Shown here piece after piece: positions 17,905-26,872 of a stretch of DNA of 64,000 nucleotides. The stretch comes from Candidatus Sumerlaeia bacterium (GTDB taxonomy: Bacteria > Sumerlaeota > Sumerlaeia > SLMS01 > JANRJK01): the NCBI GenBank assembly GCA_033764015.1, contig JANRJK010000014.1, positions 64,001-128,000 of the forward strand, written 5' to 3'. The notes beneath the pieces are model-generated. The model searched no databases. It was given only the letters and a program-made list of their open reading frames with translations, and was not told where the DNA came from. The position numbers and the translations under genes are program-made. The number at the start of each line of letters is the position of its first letter. Position 1 is the first letter of the stretch.

Positions 17905-18240
17905 ATGGACCGCGCCCGTCCGGACCGCGCGGAGCTGTTCGGCTTCTACTACCTCGGCCTGCGGCCGGACGGCACCTACAAGTACTCCAACGCGCACCAG
18001 GTCGCCGCGTGGTACCGCGTGAGCTCGGACGCGGTGCTCGGCTGGCTCGACGAGTACGGGCTGTCGCCCTCCGTCGTCGCGCGCAAGCGGATCGAAATCA
18101 CCGGCTGGAGCGTGGACATCCAGCTCGACCTGCCGAACCTCGAGCCGGAGGGCGTCCGCCGCCGCGTCGCCGAGGCGATGGAGGCCTTCGACGAGGCGTC
18201 CGGGGGGCGGCACCCCTGGCGCGACGGGCCGATCAGCTAG
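17905..18240 (+). CDS. Hypothetical protein (possible helix-turn-helix-like)
   Basis: ATG 9 nt after the upstream stop. GC3-rich codon usage and a protein-like sequence. Confidence 0.6.
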   Translation: MDRARPDRAELFGFYYLGLRPDGTYKYSNAHQVAAWYRVSSDAVLGWLDEYGLSPSVVARKRIEITGWSVDIQLDLPNLEPEGVRRRVAEAMEAFDEASGGRHPWRDGPIS

Positions 18241-18244
18241 CGGG

Positions 18245-19609
18245 CTAGACTTCCATGCGGCGCCCGGCGGAGAGCGCCTCCACCTGCGCGTCGAAGGTGT
18301 CCGTGGCGGCCTGGGCGAGGCCCGGGTCCGCCTCGACCTCCGGCACGCGGCGGACGACGGCGCCGAGCTGGCGCAGCTTGCTGTCCATGTACTCGTAGCC
18401 GCGCTCGACGTGGTACACGCGGCGCACCTGCGAGGTGCCGTGGGCGGCCAGCGCCGCCATCACCAGCGCCGCGCCCGCGCGCAGGTCGCTCGCCATCACC
18501 GCCGCGCCCTGCAGCGCCGCGACGCCCTCGATCGAGACCAGGCTCTTTTCGCGCGAGACCTTCGCGCCGAGGCGGTTCAGCTCCGGCACCTGGTTGAAGC
18601 GGTCCTGGTAGATGGTCTCGCGGATCTGCGAGACGCCCGGCGTCAGCGCCAGCAGCGTGGTGAAGACGCTCTGCATGTCGGTCGGGAAGCCGGGCCACGG
18701 CTCGGTGACGATCTTCAGCGGGCGCTTCGCGTCCTTGCCGCGGCGCACGCGGAGGCAGCCGGCCTCGGGCTCGCTGAAGTCCGCGCCCCAGAGCACCGCC
18801 TCGGTGATCACCGGCTCGAGCGTTTCGACCGAGACGTTCTCGAGGGTGACATCGCCGTGGGTCGCCAGCGCGCCGATCAGGTAGGTGCCGGCCTCGATGC
18901 GGTCCGGCGAAACGGTCCAGTCCACGGGGCGCAGCTTGTTGACGCCTTCGACGCGGATGCGGTTCGTGCCGAGGCCGTCGATCTTGGCGCCCATGGCCTG
19001 CAGCATCATGCCGACCTCGACCACTTCCGGCTCGCGGGCGGCGTCGTCGATGGTCGTCGAGCCTTCGGCGAAGGCGGCGACCATCATCACGTTGATCGTC
19101 GCGCCGACGCTGGTGCCGTTGGGTCCCATGAGGGAAAGCCGCGCGCCGACCAGCCCGCGGTGCCGCGCGTGGATGTAGCCGGCGTTGCGCGAGAGCCCCG
19201 CGCCGAGCGCCTTGAAGCCCTCGAGGTGCAGGTCCACCGGCCGGTCGCCGATGGCGCAGCCGCCCGGGAGCGACACGCGCGCGCGGCCCAGCTTCGCGAG
19301 CATCGGCCCCATCGCGTAGAAGGACGCGCGCATCTTGCTCATGATGTCGTAGGGCACCAGGTCCACCGAGAACCCGGCCGGGTCGACGATCACCGCGTTG
19401 CCGCACATGGTGACGTGCGCGCCGAGGTGCTCGATCAGGCGGATCATGTGGAGCGTGTCGCGGAGGATCGGCACGTTCCGCAGCGTGCTGGGTCCGTCGG
19501 CGAGCAGCGCGGCGGCGAGCAGCGCGAGGCTGGCGTTCTTCGAGCCACTGATGCGGACGCGGCCCTGGAGCGGGCGCGCTCCTTCGATTTCGTACATCCA
19601 GAGCGGCAT
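18245..19609 (-). CDS. murA: UDP-N-acetylglucosamine 1-carboxyvinyltransferase
   Basis: SGSKNA, MRAS, LPGGCAIGDRP (catalytic Cys), SVGAT, PDRIEAGT, PGFPTDMQ and DLRAGA. Confidence 0.97.
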   Translation of the reverse strand: MPLWMYEIEGARPLQGRVRISGSKNASLALLAAALLADGPSTLRNVPILRDTLHMIRLIEHLGAHVTMCGNAVIVDPAGFSVDLVPYDIMSKMRASFYAMGPMLAKLGRARVSLPGGCAIGDRPVDLHLEGFKALGAGLSRNAGYIHARHRGLVGARLSLMGPNGTSVGATINVMMVAAFAEGSTTIDDAAREPEVVEVGMMLQAMGAKIDGLGTNRIRVEGVNKLRPVDWTVSPDRIEAGTYLIGALATHGDVTLENVSVETLEPVITEAVLWGADFSEPEAGCLRVRRGKDAKRPLKIVTEPWPGFPTDMQSVFTTLLALTPGVSQIRETIYQDRFNQVPELNRLGAKVSREKSLVSIEGVAALQGAAVMASDLRAGAALVMAALAAHGTSQVRRVYHVERGYEYMDSKLRQLGAVVRRVPEVEADPGLAQAATDTFDAQVEALSAGRRMEV

Positions 19610-19726
19610 GGCTGGCGACCTCGGCGTCGGCGGGGGGCGGCGGCGCCGGATGCGCCGCGCCCGCGGGGATTTCGTCCCGCCAGCGCGCGGCTTTTCCATG
19701 AACACTGTCAAGTTCTACGGGGGCGG

Positions 19727-19769
19727 AAAAAGCGAGGGGGGCGGCCGCCAGCGGCGACCGCCCCCCCGC
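19727..19769 (-). terminator. Probable intrinsic terminator downstream of efp
   Basis: gggggcgg...ccgccccc stem followed on the minus strand by a T5 run. Confidence 0.5.
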
Positions 19770-19804
19770 AAGCCCTTCGGCGCCCCGGAGGGCGCCCGCC
19801 GCGG

Positions 19805-20374
19805 CTACGCGCGGTCCACGTACATGCCGTCGTCCGTGCTGATGCGCACCGAATCGCCGATCTTGATGAAGCCCGGCACCTGCAGCTTGTAGCCGGTCTC
19901 GATCGTCGCTTCCTTCAGGATCTGGTTCGCGGAGTTGCCCTTGGTCACTTCGTCGATCGTGTCGACCACCTTGAAGGCGATCTTCGGCGGGAGCAGCAGC
20001 GACACGGGACGGTTCTCCCAGAACGCCACGATCACCTCGGTGTCGGGCACCAGGAAGTTCGCCTGGATGCCGAGGAACTCGCCGGAGACGGTGAACTGCT
20101 CGTAGCTGGTCAGCTCCATGAAGTGGTAGCCGTCCTGGTCGCTGTAGAGGAAGTTGCAGGTCTTCGTCTCGTAGTCCGCTTCCTGGATGTCGAACTTGCC
20201 GCCGCGGAAGGTCATCTCGACCACGCGGCCGTCCAGCAGGCTCTTCATCTTCGTGCGGACGAAGCTGCGGAGGTTGCCCGGCGTGCGGAGTTCGTACTCC
20301 GTGACCTGGTAGAGGGTGCCTTCGATAACGACCTTCATGCCCGCTCGGAGGCTGTTCGGATCGACCTGTGCCAT
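19805..20374 (-). CDS. efp: Elongation factor P
   Basis: KOW-OB-OB layout. LRAGMK, FLYSD..GYHFM..SYEQ and ETGYKLQVPGFIKIGD. Loop sequence TPGNLR. Confidence 0.95.
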   Translation of the reverse strand: MAQVDPNSLRAGMKVVIEGTLYQVTEYELRTPGNLRSFVRTKMKSLLDGRVVEMTFRGGKFDIQEADYETKTCNFLYSDQDGYHFMELTSYEQFTVSGEFLGIQANFLVPDTEVIVAFWENRPVSLLLPPKIAFKVVDTIDEVTKGNSANQILKEATIETGYKLQVPGFIKIGDSVRISTDDGMYVDRA

Positions 20375-20460
20375 GGGGGTTTCCTGTTCGTTGTAGGGCG
20401 CGCGCGAAAGGGGCCGCGGGGCGCCGTTTTCCCCACTGAATGCGTCCCGCGCGGGGCGAG

Positions 20461-20961
20461 TCAACCGGGGACGGCGCGGACGCGGCGCACCCCGGGGCCG
20501 CCGCCGGGCGGGTCGGGTGGAGGTGTCCCCGGACCGGAGGCACCATCGGGGTCTCGCATCTGGCGGAGGTCCGCCTCGAACCGGGACTCCATGAAGCGAT
20601 GGTACAGTGGAGTGTGTGTGACCACCGGATTCGGGAGCACCCAGTCGCCTTCGAGGAATGGTACTGCGAAGGGGAGCATGCCAACCAGGAGGAGCAGGGA
20701 CATGGCTGCGGCCAGCAACTTCCCCCCTCGCGCGCGAAGCACGGTAAGGAGGGCGCAGAGCTGGATCGACAGCAGTAGCGCAATCCCGAAAGAGGTCATT
20801 TCCACCATGCTTGAGAAGTTCGGCATGAAGACGGGTGCCACCATGATGGCGAATCCCAACAGGGCGCGCGGCGCCTCGCCGGGCGAAGCGGGAAGTATCC
20901 AAGGCTCGCGGGGCGGGCCATACGGCCCCTCCCGCCCCGCGACTTGCTGCTCAGACTCCAT
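20461..20961 (-). CDS. Hypothetical membrane protein (start uncertain)
   Basis: GGAGGA RBS upstream and about 3 hydrophobic segments. Atypical codon usage. A GC hairpin lies within its 5' part. Confidence 0.45.
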   Translation of the reverse strand: MESEQQVAGREGPYGPPREPWILPASPGEAPRALLGFAIMVAPVFMPNFSSMVEMTSFGIALLLSIQLCALLTVLRARGGKLLAAAMSLLLLVGMLPFAVPFLEGDWVLPNPVVTHTPLYHRFMESRFEADLRQMRDPDGASGPGTPPPDPPGGGPGVRRVRAVPG

Positions 20962-21015
20962 CGGACCGCTTCCTCCAATCTGTTAGCAGGAGCCTGCGGC
21001 CCGACCCCGGGCCGC

Positions 21016-22758
21016 TCACCCCGGCCCGTTGGGGCGCCGCGCGACGTGGAAGACGTCGGCGGGCAGCTCGCGCCCGATGGACGTGTTGCGGCGGATGATG
21101 TCGCTCAGCCGCGTCCGGTTCACCTCCGCCGCGACCTCCCGGGGCAGGTAGGACTGGTACCAGAACCGGTCGCCGTCGCGGAGCGCCTCGAACTGCTCCG
21201 TGATGAGGAAGAACAGCGTCTCGCCCACCATGGCGCCCGGGACGTGGTCCTCGCAGAGCGCCGTCACCCACAGGTCCGCCTGCTCCGGCGAGTCGTACAC
21301 GGAGGCGAGCGCCGCCCGCAGCGCGGGGTTGCGGGTCACGTCGCGCCAGCCGCGCGCGGGGCGGAGGCCGACTTGGCGGCGCACCTCGTTGTACGACGGC
21401 AGGCCGTGGTCGCGGCCGCGCTGGAGGTTCAGCGATGCCAGGTCGAAGCCCCCCGCGCCCGGCGCCCCGAACAGGAAGTTCCGCACGTCGCCGACGATGA
21501 AGTTGTCGATCTCCTGGCAGCGCTGCGACGCGAGGCCGCGGAGGATCGAGTCGATGCCGTGCTCCTCGATCTCGGCGATGGCGAAGAAGGAGTCCGCCAG
21601 CGCGATCGGCCCTTCCGGCGCGTCGGCGCCGTCCGGCCCCTTCCGCTGGAGGTCCGGCGACAGCATCGTGTGGCCCACGCGGAACGCCGCCGCGGCGAAC
21701 TCGTTGGCGACCATCGGCTCCAGGTCCTCACGGTAGCCGCGCCACGGCGCGAGCGCGCGCGGGCCCAGCAGCGCCGGCAGGAACTCGTTGTAGGTGACCG
21801 CCTGCATCTCGCCCGCCACCACCGCGCGGGCCCGCTGGTAGATCGTCTCGTCGTCCAGCGGCTCCGCGCCCGGGTTCGCCATGGCGTGCTCCCGCGCGAT
21901 CCGCTCCGCCCACCAGTTGTGCTCGCGGACGAAGAGCGTGTGCATCGCGGTGAGGCCGATCTGCTCGTTCACCCGCACGTCGCCGGCGAAGAAGAAGGTT
22001 GGGATCTGGCCGGAGGGAGCGTTCGGGAAGCCCTCCGTGTTGTACGGCAGCAGTCCGCCCTCGCTGGTCTTCAGCTTCCCCGTCCCGTCGAGCGTCCGCA
22101 GCGCGAGCGCGCGGGCGTCATCCGATCCGTAGACATGGGACGCGTCGACGAAGGCGGTGAGGAAGTTCACCTGCTGGCGCGCGCCGGCTTCGTCGCGCTC
22201 GTAGTGCGAACGGCTGAGCGCGATCGTCGCGGTGCCCGTGCCCGACGGGTCGAACCACGGGTCGCCGGCGGGGACCGGGACCGGGAAGGCCTCGGTGGGC
22301 GAGGCGAGCGGGGTCTCGGTCACGTCGTGGTCGATGAACTGGCCCCACTGCCAGAGGTAGTCGCTCGCCCGCATGCGGTTCTCGATCGATTCGGACTGCG
22401 CGCAGATCGCGTTGGAGACCTCGCGGGCCCCGGGGCGGTCGGCGCCGGAGGGCGCGTCGGTCCCGTCCTCGTAGGCGGCGTCGGCAAGGCGGAGGAACGG
22501 CGTTTCCGCGGCGCCCCACTCGGGATGCGTCGGGTTGTTGCCTTGGCCGGTGATCGTGCGGAACTCGGCGAGTCGAGCGAGCGCGGCCGTCAGCGGCGGA
22601 CGGCGCGGCGGACGGGGCCGCGCGCTGTCGCGGACCGAGTCGCCGATCGCGGCGGTCGTCTCGCCGCCGGTGCGGTCGGGGGCGCTCTGCTGGGCCGGGG
22701 AAAGCCCGGCGAGGGCCGCCGCCGCGAGGAGTGTCGGGAGGGTTCTGAGGTGCTTCAT
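21016..22758 (-). CDS. Secreted heme peroxidase of the peroxidase-cyclooxygenase (animal peroxidase) superfamily
   Basis: Signal peptide. WGQFIDHD, LTAFVDAS, GDVRVNEQ, EFAAAAFRVGH, NLQRGRDHGL and RDGDRFWY. Confidence 0.93.
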   Translation of the reverse strand: MKHLRTLPTLLAAAALAGLSPAQQSAPDRTGGETTAAIGDSVRDSARPRPPRRPPLTAALARLAEFRTITGQGNNPTHPEWGAAETPFLRLADAAYEDGTDAPSGADRPGAREVSNAICAQSESIENRMRASDYLWQWGQFIDHDVTETPLASPTEAFPVPVPAGDPWFDPSGTGTATIALSRSHYERDEAGARQQVNFLTAFVDASHVYGSDDARALALRTLDGTGKLKTSEGGLLPYNTEGFPNAPSGQIPTFFFAGDVRVNEQIGLTAMHTLFVREHNWWAERIAREHAMANPGAEPLDDETIYQRARAVVAGEMQAVTYNEFLPALLGPRALAPWRGYREDLEPMVANEFAAAAFRVGHTMLSPDLQRKGPDGADAPEGPIALADSFFAIAEIEEHGIDSILRGLASQRCQEIDNFIVGDVRNFLFGAPGAGGFDLASLNLQRGRDHGLPSYNEVRRQVGLRPARGWRDVTRNPALRAALASVYDSPEQADLWVTALCEDHVPGAMVGETLFFLITEQFEALRDGDRFWYQSYLPREVAAEVNRTRLSDIIRRNTSIGRELPADVFHVARRPNGPG

Positions 22759-22999
22759 GGGGTGCTCTCCTGTGTGGAGTTGGCGGTGTGCTGCGCCTCC
22801 GGACAGGGCAGCGCGCGTGCCGCCGCCCGGTGTGTTGCGCGGGTGCAACGGAGTGGTGCCGCCGCAGCCCCGGGGAGGGTGCGAGGGCACTCTTGGATTC
22901 CGGATTTCCGGCGGAAACGTTGCATTTCCGCGACTCCTCAATTGCCGTTGATTTACCAATCGGTCGCGCGCTGTCCGCCGCGTACCAAATGGTACACCG

Positions 23000-24742
23000 T
23001 CAGCGCAGGATCCACCCGCTCGCCGTCGGCGGCGGCGCGTCGTAGAACAGCTCCACGAACTCGTTCGCGAACTCCGCGGCGTCGGCGAACTCTGTGATCA
23101 CCACGCGCCCGGTGTTGTTGCGTGTGCCCGTGTAGAGCCCCGGCGTCGCGTTGCCGAGTGTGGAAATCGGGTACGCGGTGAACGTCGTTCCCGCGGTTGT
23201 GTCGCGCCGGTAGCCGTTCGTGGTGGAGATGCCCGCCGCCGGCACGTGGCCGCTCGTGGGCGGATCGACGTTCTGCGCCGACGGGTTGAGGAGCCGGAAG
23301 CGCTCGTCGCCGTTGATCGCGATGCTCGCGTCACCGCTGTCGAGGTAGAGCACGTCCGGCGCGAGCGTCCGCGACCACGCGGTCTCGAAACCCGCCCTGT
23401 TCACATCGCGCCCGATCACGAGCACTTGGCCGGGCTGGATCATCGTGTTCGCCGGAATCGTGTATGTGCGAGTCGAGTTGATCTGCTCGACCACGTAGCC
23501 GCCGATGTCGATCGGCGTGCCGCCGGGGCCGCCCTGGCTGGATTGCGTGGTTCCCGACAGCGAGACGTTGAAGCTCGCCGGCGAGCCGTTGGTCGTGATC
23601 GTCGCGGTGACGTTGCGCGTCGCTCCATCGTTCGCGACGGGCGTCCAGCGGAACGCGAGCGCCTGCGCCGAACCGATCGCGGCGGGGAGCGTGGGCGTGG
23701 CGAGGGAGAACTCCGAAGCGCTCGCGCCGGAGAATGTTGCGCCGGTCAGCGTCACCGGGTTCGCCGGCGTCACCGTCACGGTGCTGTTGGTGAACGGTCC
23801 CGACATGGCGTTGACCGTGCCGAAGGCCACGCTGGTCGGCGACACGGAGTAGTCGTCGCCGCCGCCGGTGCCCCCGGGGATGGCGAAGGTGCGCAGCACC
23901 GCCATGTGCTGCATGTTCGTGGCGCCGCTGTCGCCCGTCAGCGCGGGGCTGAACGCGGCGTTCAATTCCGCCTGCGAGTAGTCCCGCGTGTCGAAGACGA
24001 GGCCGTTGGGATAGCTGAAGCTCCCGTAGGTGGTCGTCACCTCCCGGCTGTCCAGGTTCGGGTTCGCCAGCATCCAGTCGTATGGCTTGCTGCGGCCCGC
24101 GTTGGTGTTGCCGCTTCCGTCCTCGCCGACCGGGAAGGGGGAGGACGTGACGACACGCGCGGAGAGGGTCGAGATGCAGGACTCGGTGCGGCTGTCGGTG
24201 TTGAAGTCGCCGCCGATCGCCAGGTAGGCGTTCTGGGGGAGGCCGAGGGTGGGCAGGTAGGTGTTCACGATGAGCTGCGCCTCGGTGTTGCGGACGCCGG
24301 AGCCGCTCGTGAGGAAGTGGACGCTCACCACCCACAGGTCGATGTCGCCCGGGATGTCGATCCGGGCCCAGGCGAAGTCGCGGTTCGACACCTGCGTGTC
24401 GTCCCACTCGCCCGATGCGATGATCGGGTAGCGGCTGATGACGCCGTTGGGAATCTGGGCGCCGGCCTCGCGGTACCATTGGAACCCGGTCCCGAAGGTG
24501 GAGTCGACGAATGCTTCGACGGCGGCGTCGTTGTTCGATCCGCCGACGTTGAACTCCTGGATCAGCACCACATCGGCATCGAGCGCTTGGAAGATCCGGA
24601 TGCCCGGGTCTTCGTATCCCTGCCCGTTGCCGCTGGTGGTGTTCGCGGCGACGATGCGCAGGTTGGTGGTCTGCGCGGACGCGGCCGCGGCCAGCGCAAG
24701 CAGCGCGGCGGCGACTCCGGCAAGGTGACGGGCTGCGGGCAT
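23000..24742 (-). CDS. Secreted endonuclease/exonuclease/phosphatase-family protein with Ig-like and lamin-tail-like domains
   Basis: Signal peptide. DVVLIQEFN, SRYPI, SVH and GGDFN. Ser/Thr-rich beta domains. Ends TASGWILR. Confidence 0.8.
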   Translation of the reverse strand: MPAARHLAGVAAALLALAAAASAQTTNLRIVAANTTSGNGQGYEDPGIRIFQALDADVVLIQEFNVGGSNNDAAVEAFVDSTFGTGFQWYREAGAQIPNGVISRYPIIASGEWDDTQVSNRDFAWARIDIPGDIDLWVVSVHFLTSGSGVRNTEAQLIVNTYLPTLGLPQNAYLAIGGDFNTDSRTESCISTLSARVVTSSPFPVGEDGSGNTNAGRSKPYDWMLANPNLDSREVTTTYGSFSYPNGLVFDTRDYSQAELNAAFSPALTGDSGATNMQHMAVLRTFAIPGGTGGGDDYSVSPTSVAFGTVNAMSGPFTNSTVTVTPANPVTLTGATFSGASASEFSLATPTLPAAIGSAQALAFRWTPVANDGATRNVTATITTNGSPASFNVSLSGTTQSSQGGPGGTPIDIGGYVVEQINSTRTYTIPANTMIQPGQVLVIGRDVNRAGFETAWSRTLAPDVLYLDSGDASIAINGDERFRLLNPSAQNVDPPTSGHVPAAGISTTNGYRRDTTAGTTFTAYPISTLGNATPGLYTGTRNNTGRVVITEFADAAEFANEFVELFYDAPPPTASGWILR

Positions 24743-24859
24743 GGCGTGGGGCTCCAGTGGGGTTGGACAAAAGGGACCACAATGGGCGCCGCGGGGAAAC
24801 ACGATTCTCCCCGCGCCCCGCGACCAACATCGCGGGACGCGGGAGTTCCCAAGCCGGAC

Positions 24860-25822
24860 CTAAACCCCGGCGGACGCCAGCAGTCCGTCCAGCTTCCCGT
24901 AGCCCGCCGACATGCCCTCGTCCATGCCCGAGGCGAGCATCCCGTCGCGCGCCTCGCGGGACGGAAACTCGATGAGCAGTCGGAGCGCCGTCCGACCCGC
25001 GGGTCGTTCTTCGAGCGTCATTGTCACGAGCTGCTCGCCCGCCTGCGGCTGGCAGCCGAACTCGAAGCGCTCCGTCCGGACGATCCGTTCCGGATGCGCG
25101 ACCTCGCGGTACTCGCCACCCATCGCCATGACCGGTGCCCCCGCAGAGTCGACCCAAGCCCACTGGAACCGGCCGCCGGGGCGGACGTCTTCGGCGCACT
25201 CCGACATTCTCCAGCCCGGGGGGAGGAACATCCAGCGCTCGAGCAGCGCGGGCTCCGTCATCGCCCGCCAGACCAACTCCCGCGAGGCGTCGAAGTCGCG
25301 GGCGATGATGATCTCGCGGTCGGAGGGGAGCGCCACGCACACCGGCGCGGGGCCGGAGTCGGCGCAGAGCCGGCCAAGACGGCTCACTGTCCCGATGCCG
25401 CCTTCGATGGCGCCGACCTCGCGGATTACCCGGTCCCGGTCCTCGGCGGACTTGAACATCATCCGGAGCGTCATCGAGCATTGGCCCTCCGCGAGCCGCT
25501 CGAACCGGACCTCGGTGCGGAACGCGACCTCGTCGGGCGCGCCCGCTTGGCTGTAGACGATGCGCGCGTTCTCCTCGATGACCTCGTAGCGGACGAAGTT
25601 GGGCCATACGCGGCCATCCGGCCCGGTCATGAGGAACTCCCAGACGCCCCCCTCCCGGAACTCCATCCGCGAGGTGTCGGTGGTGAAGCCGTCCGGACCG
25701 AACCACTTGCCGATCAACGCCGGGTCGGACCACGCGCGCCAAAGCTGGGGGATCGTCGCATGGAAGGACCTCTTGATGATGATCTCCCGGTCCTCGGTGG
25801 ATACTGTGGCGGCTTGCGTCAT
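24860..25822 (-). CDS. Tandem SRPBCC/AHSA1 domain protein
   Basis: Two repeats of DREIII.R.F.A....W.A...P....W. Confidence 0.9.
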   Translation of the reverse strand: MTQAATVSTEDREIIIKRSFHATIPQLWRAWSDPALIGKWFGPDGFTTDTSRMEFREGGVWEFLMTGPDGRVWPNFVRYEVIEENARIVYSQAGAPDEVAFRTEVRFERLAEGQCSMTLRMMFKSAEDRDRVIREVGAIEGGIGTVSRLGRLCADSGPAPVCVALPSDREIIIARDFDASRELVWRAMTEPALLERWMFLPPGWRMSECAEDVRPGGRFQWAWVDSAGAPVMAMGGEYREVAHPERIVRTERFEFGCQPQAGEQLVTMTLEERPAGRTALRLLIEFPSREARDGMLASGMDEGMSAGYGKLDGLLASAGV

Positions 25823-26193
25823 TGCTCGCTCCTCTTCTTTCCGGCGCGCTTGGGCGCGGGGGGTGTGGGTTCTGCGGCCAGGTCCTTCAACACGTCGTCG
25901 AGGCGCTGGAACCGCGCCTCCCAGAACTGGCGGTAGCCTTCCAGCCAGCGCGCCGCCTCTTCCAGCTTCGCTGCGTCAAGGCGCCTTGGCCGCCGCTGGG
26001 CGGACTGCCCCGCGGCGACGAGTCCGGCGCGCTCGAGCACCCGCAGGTGCTTCGAGATCGCCGGCTGGCTCATGGCGAACGGCTCCGCAAGCTCCGCGAC
26101 CGAGGCGGACCCCCTGGACAGCCGCGCTAGGATCGCTCGCCGGGTCGGGTCCGCGAGCGCTTGGAAGGTGAGGCTGAGTGCGTCGTTCCGCAT
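25819..26193 (-). CDS. ArsR/SmtB family transcriptional regulator
   Basis: FQALADPTRRAIL and SQPAISKHLRVLERAGLV. Confidence 0.95.
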   Translation of the reverse strand: MRNDALSLTFQALADPTRRAILARLSRGSASVAELAEPFAMSQPAISKHLRVLERAGLVAAGQSAQRRPRRLDAAKLEEAARWLEGYRQFWEARFQRLDDVLKDLAAEPTPPAPKRAGKKRSEQ

Positions 26194-26197
26194 GTCG

Positions 26198-26231
26198 AAT
26201 AACCTTTCAGTTCAAGAACCGTTTGGTTATT
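26198..26231. promoter_or_regulatory. Putative ArsR autoregulatory operator
   Basis: AT-rich. AATAACC...GGTTATT inverted repeat with tandem AACC-N4-(A/G)GTT boxes immediately upstream of the ArsR start. Confidence 0.55.
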
Positions 26232-26385
26232 GAATTGGAGGGCACCCGCCCGGTCAAGTGAGAACTCCGGCGCCCTTCCATCCGGAATGCAGCGCGATCC
26301 AAGGGACGCCGAGCCCCCCGCCGCCCCCGGCTTGCGGCGCGGCTGCGCTAAGCGCGGCCGACACCACCGCCTTGGAGGCACCACC

Positions 26386-26661
26386 ATGAAGGTTCTGCTC
26401 CCCGTGCTCGCCGCGCTCGCGCTTGCCGGTTGCGCGACGACCGCGCTCCGCGCCGCGCCGGACCGGTACACGGTCGCCGACGAGCGCTTCGGCGCCCAGG
26501 TCCGCATCGATCCCGAGACGCGCCAACTCGACGCGGTCTATGTCGAGTTCACCGATCCCGCGTTCCCCGCGCCGGCCTACCGCGTCGTCTCCGGCGCGAC
26601 GCCGGAGGGAGGCGCCTATGTGCTCCTATACGCTGTCCGGGAGGGCGCCGATGTCCGCTAA
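26386..26661 (+). CDS. Small hypothetical lipoprotein
   Basis: GGAGG RBS and lipobox LALAGC. Confidence 0.7.
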   Translation: MKVLLPVLAALALAGCATTALRAAPDRYTVADERFGAQVRIDPETRQLDAVYVEFTDPAFPAPAYRVVSGATPEGGAYVLLYAVREGADVR

Positions 26662-26869
26662 CAGCCTGCCGCTCTTGGTCGAGGCGCTGCTCCGGGCGCT
26701 GCCCGCGATCATTGAGGAACTCCAGTCGGACGAGGCGCGCAGCGCGCTCGACCGGGTGGAGCGCAACGCCGACGCGGCGCTCGCCGCCGCCCGCGCCGGC
26801 GATGCGCGCGGGGCGATCCTCCGCGCGGTCGAACGCGGGCTGGAACGCTCCGGGAACGATCCGCGCTAA
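26651..26869 (+). CDS. Small helical hypothetical protein
   Basis: GGAGG RBS, overlap with the upstream gene, and a following hairpin. Confidence 0.55.
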   Translation: MSANSLPLLVEALLRALPAIIEELQSDEARSALDRVERNADAALAAARAGDARGAILRAVERGLERSGNDPR

Positions 26870-26872
26870 CCG

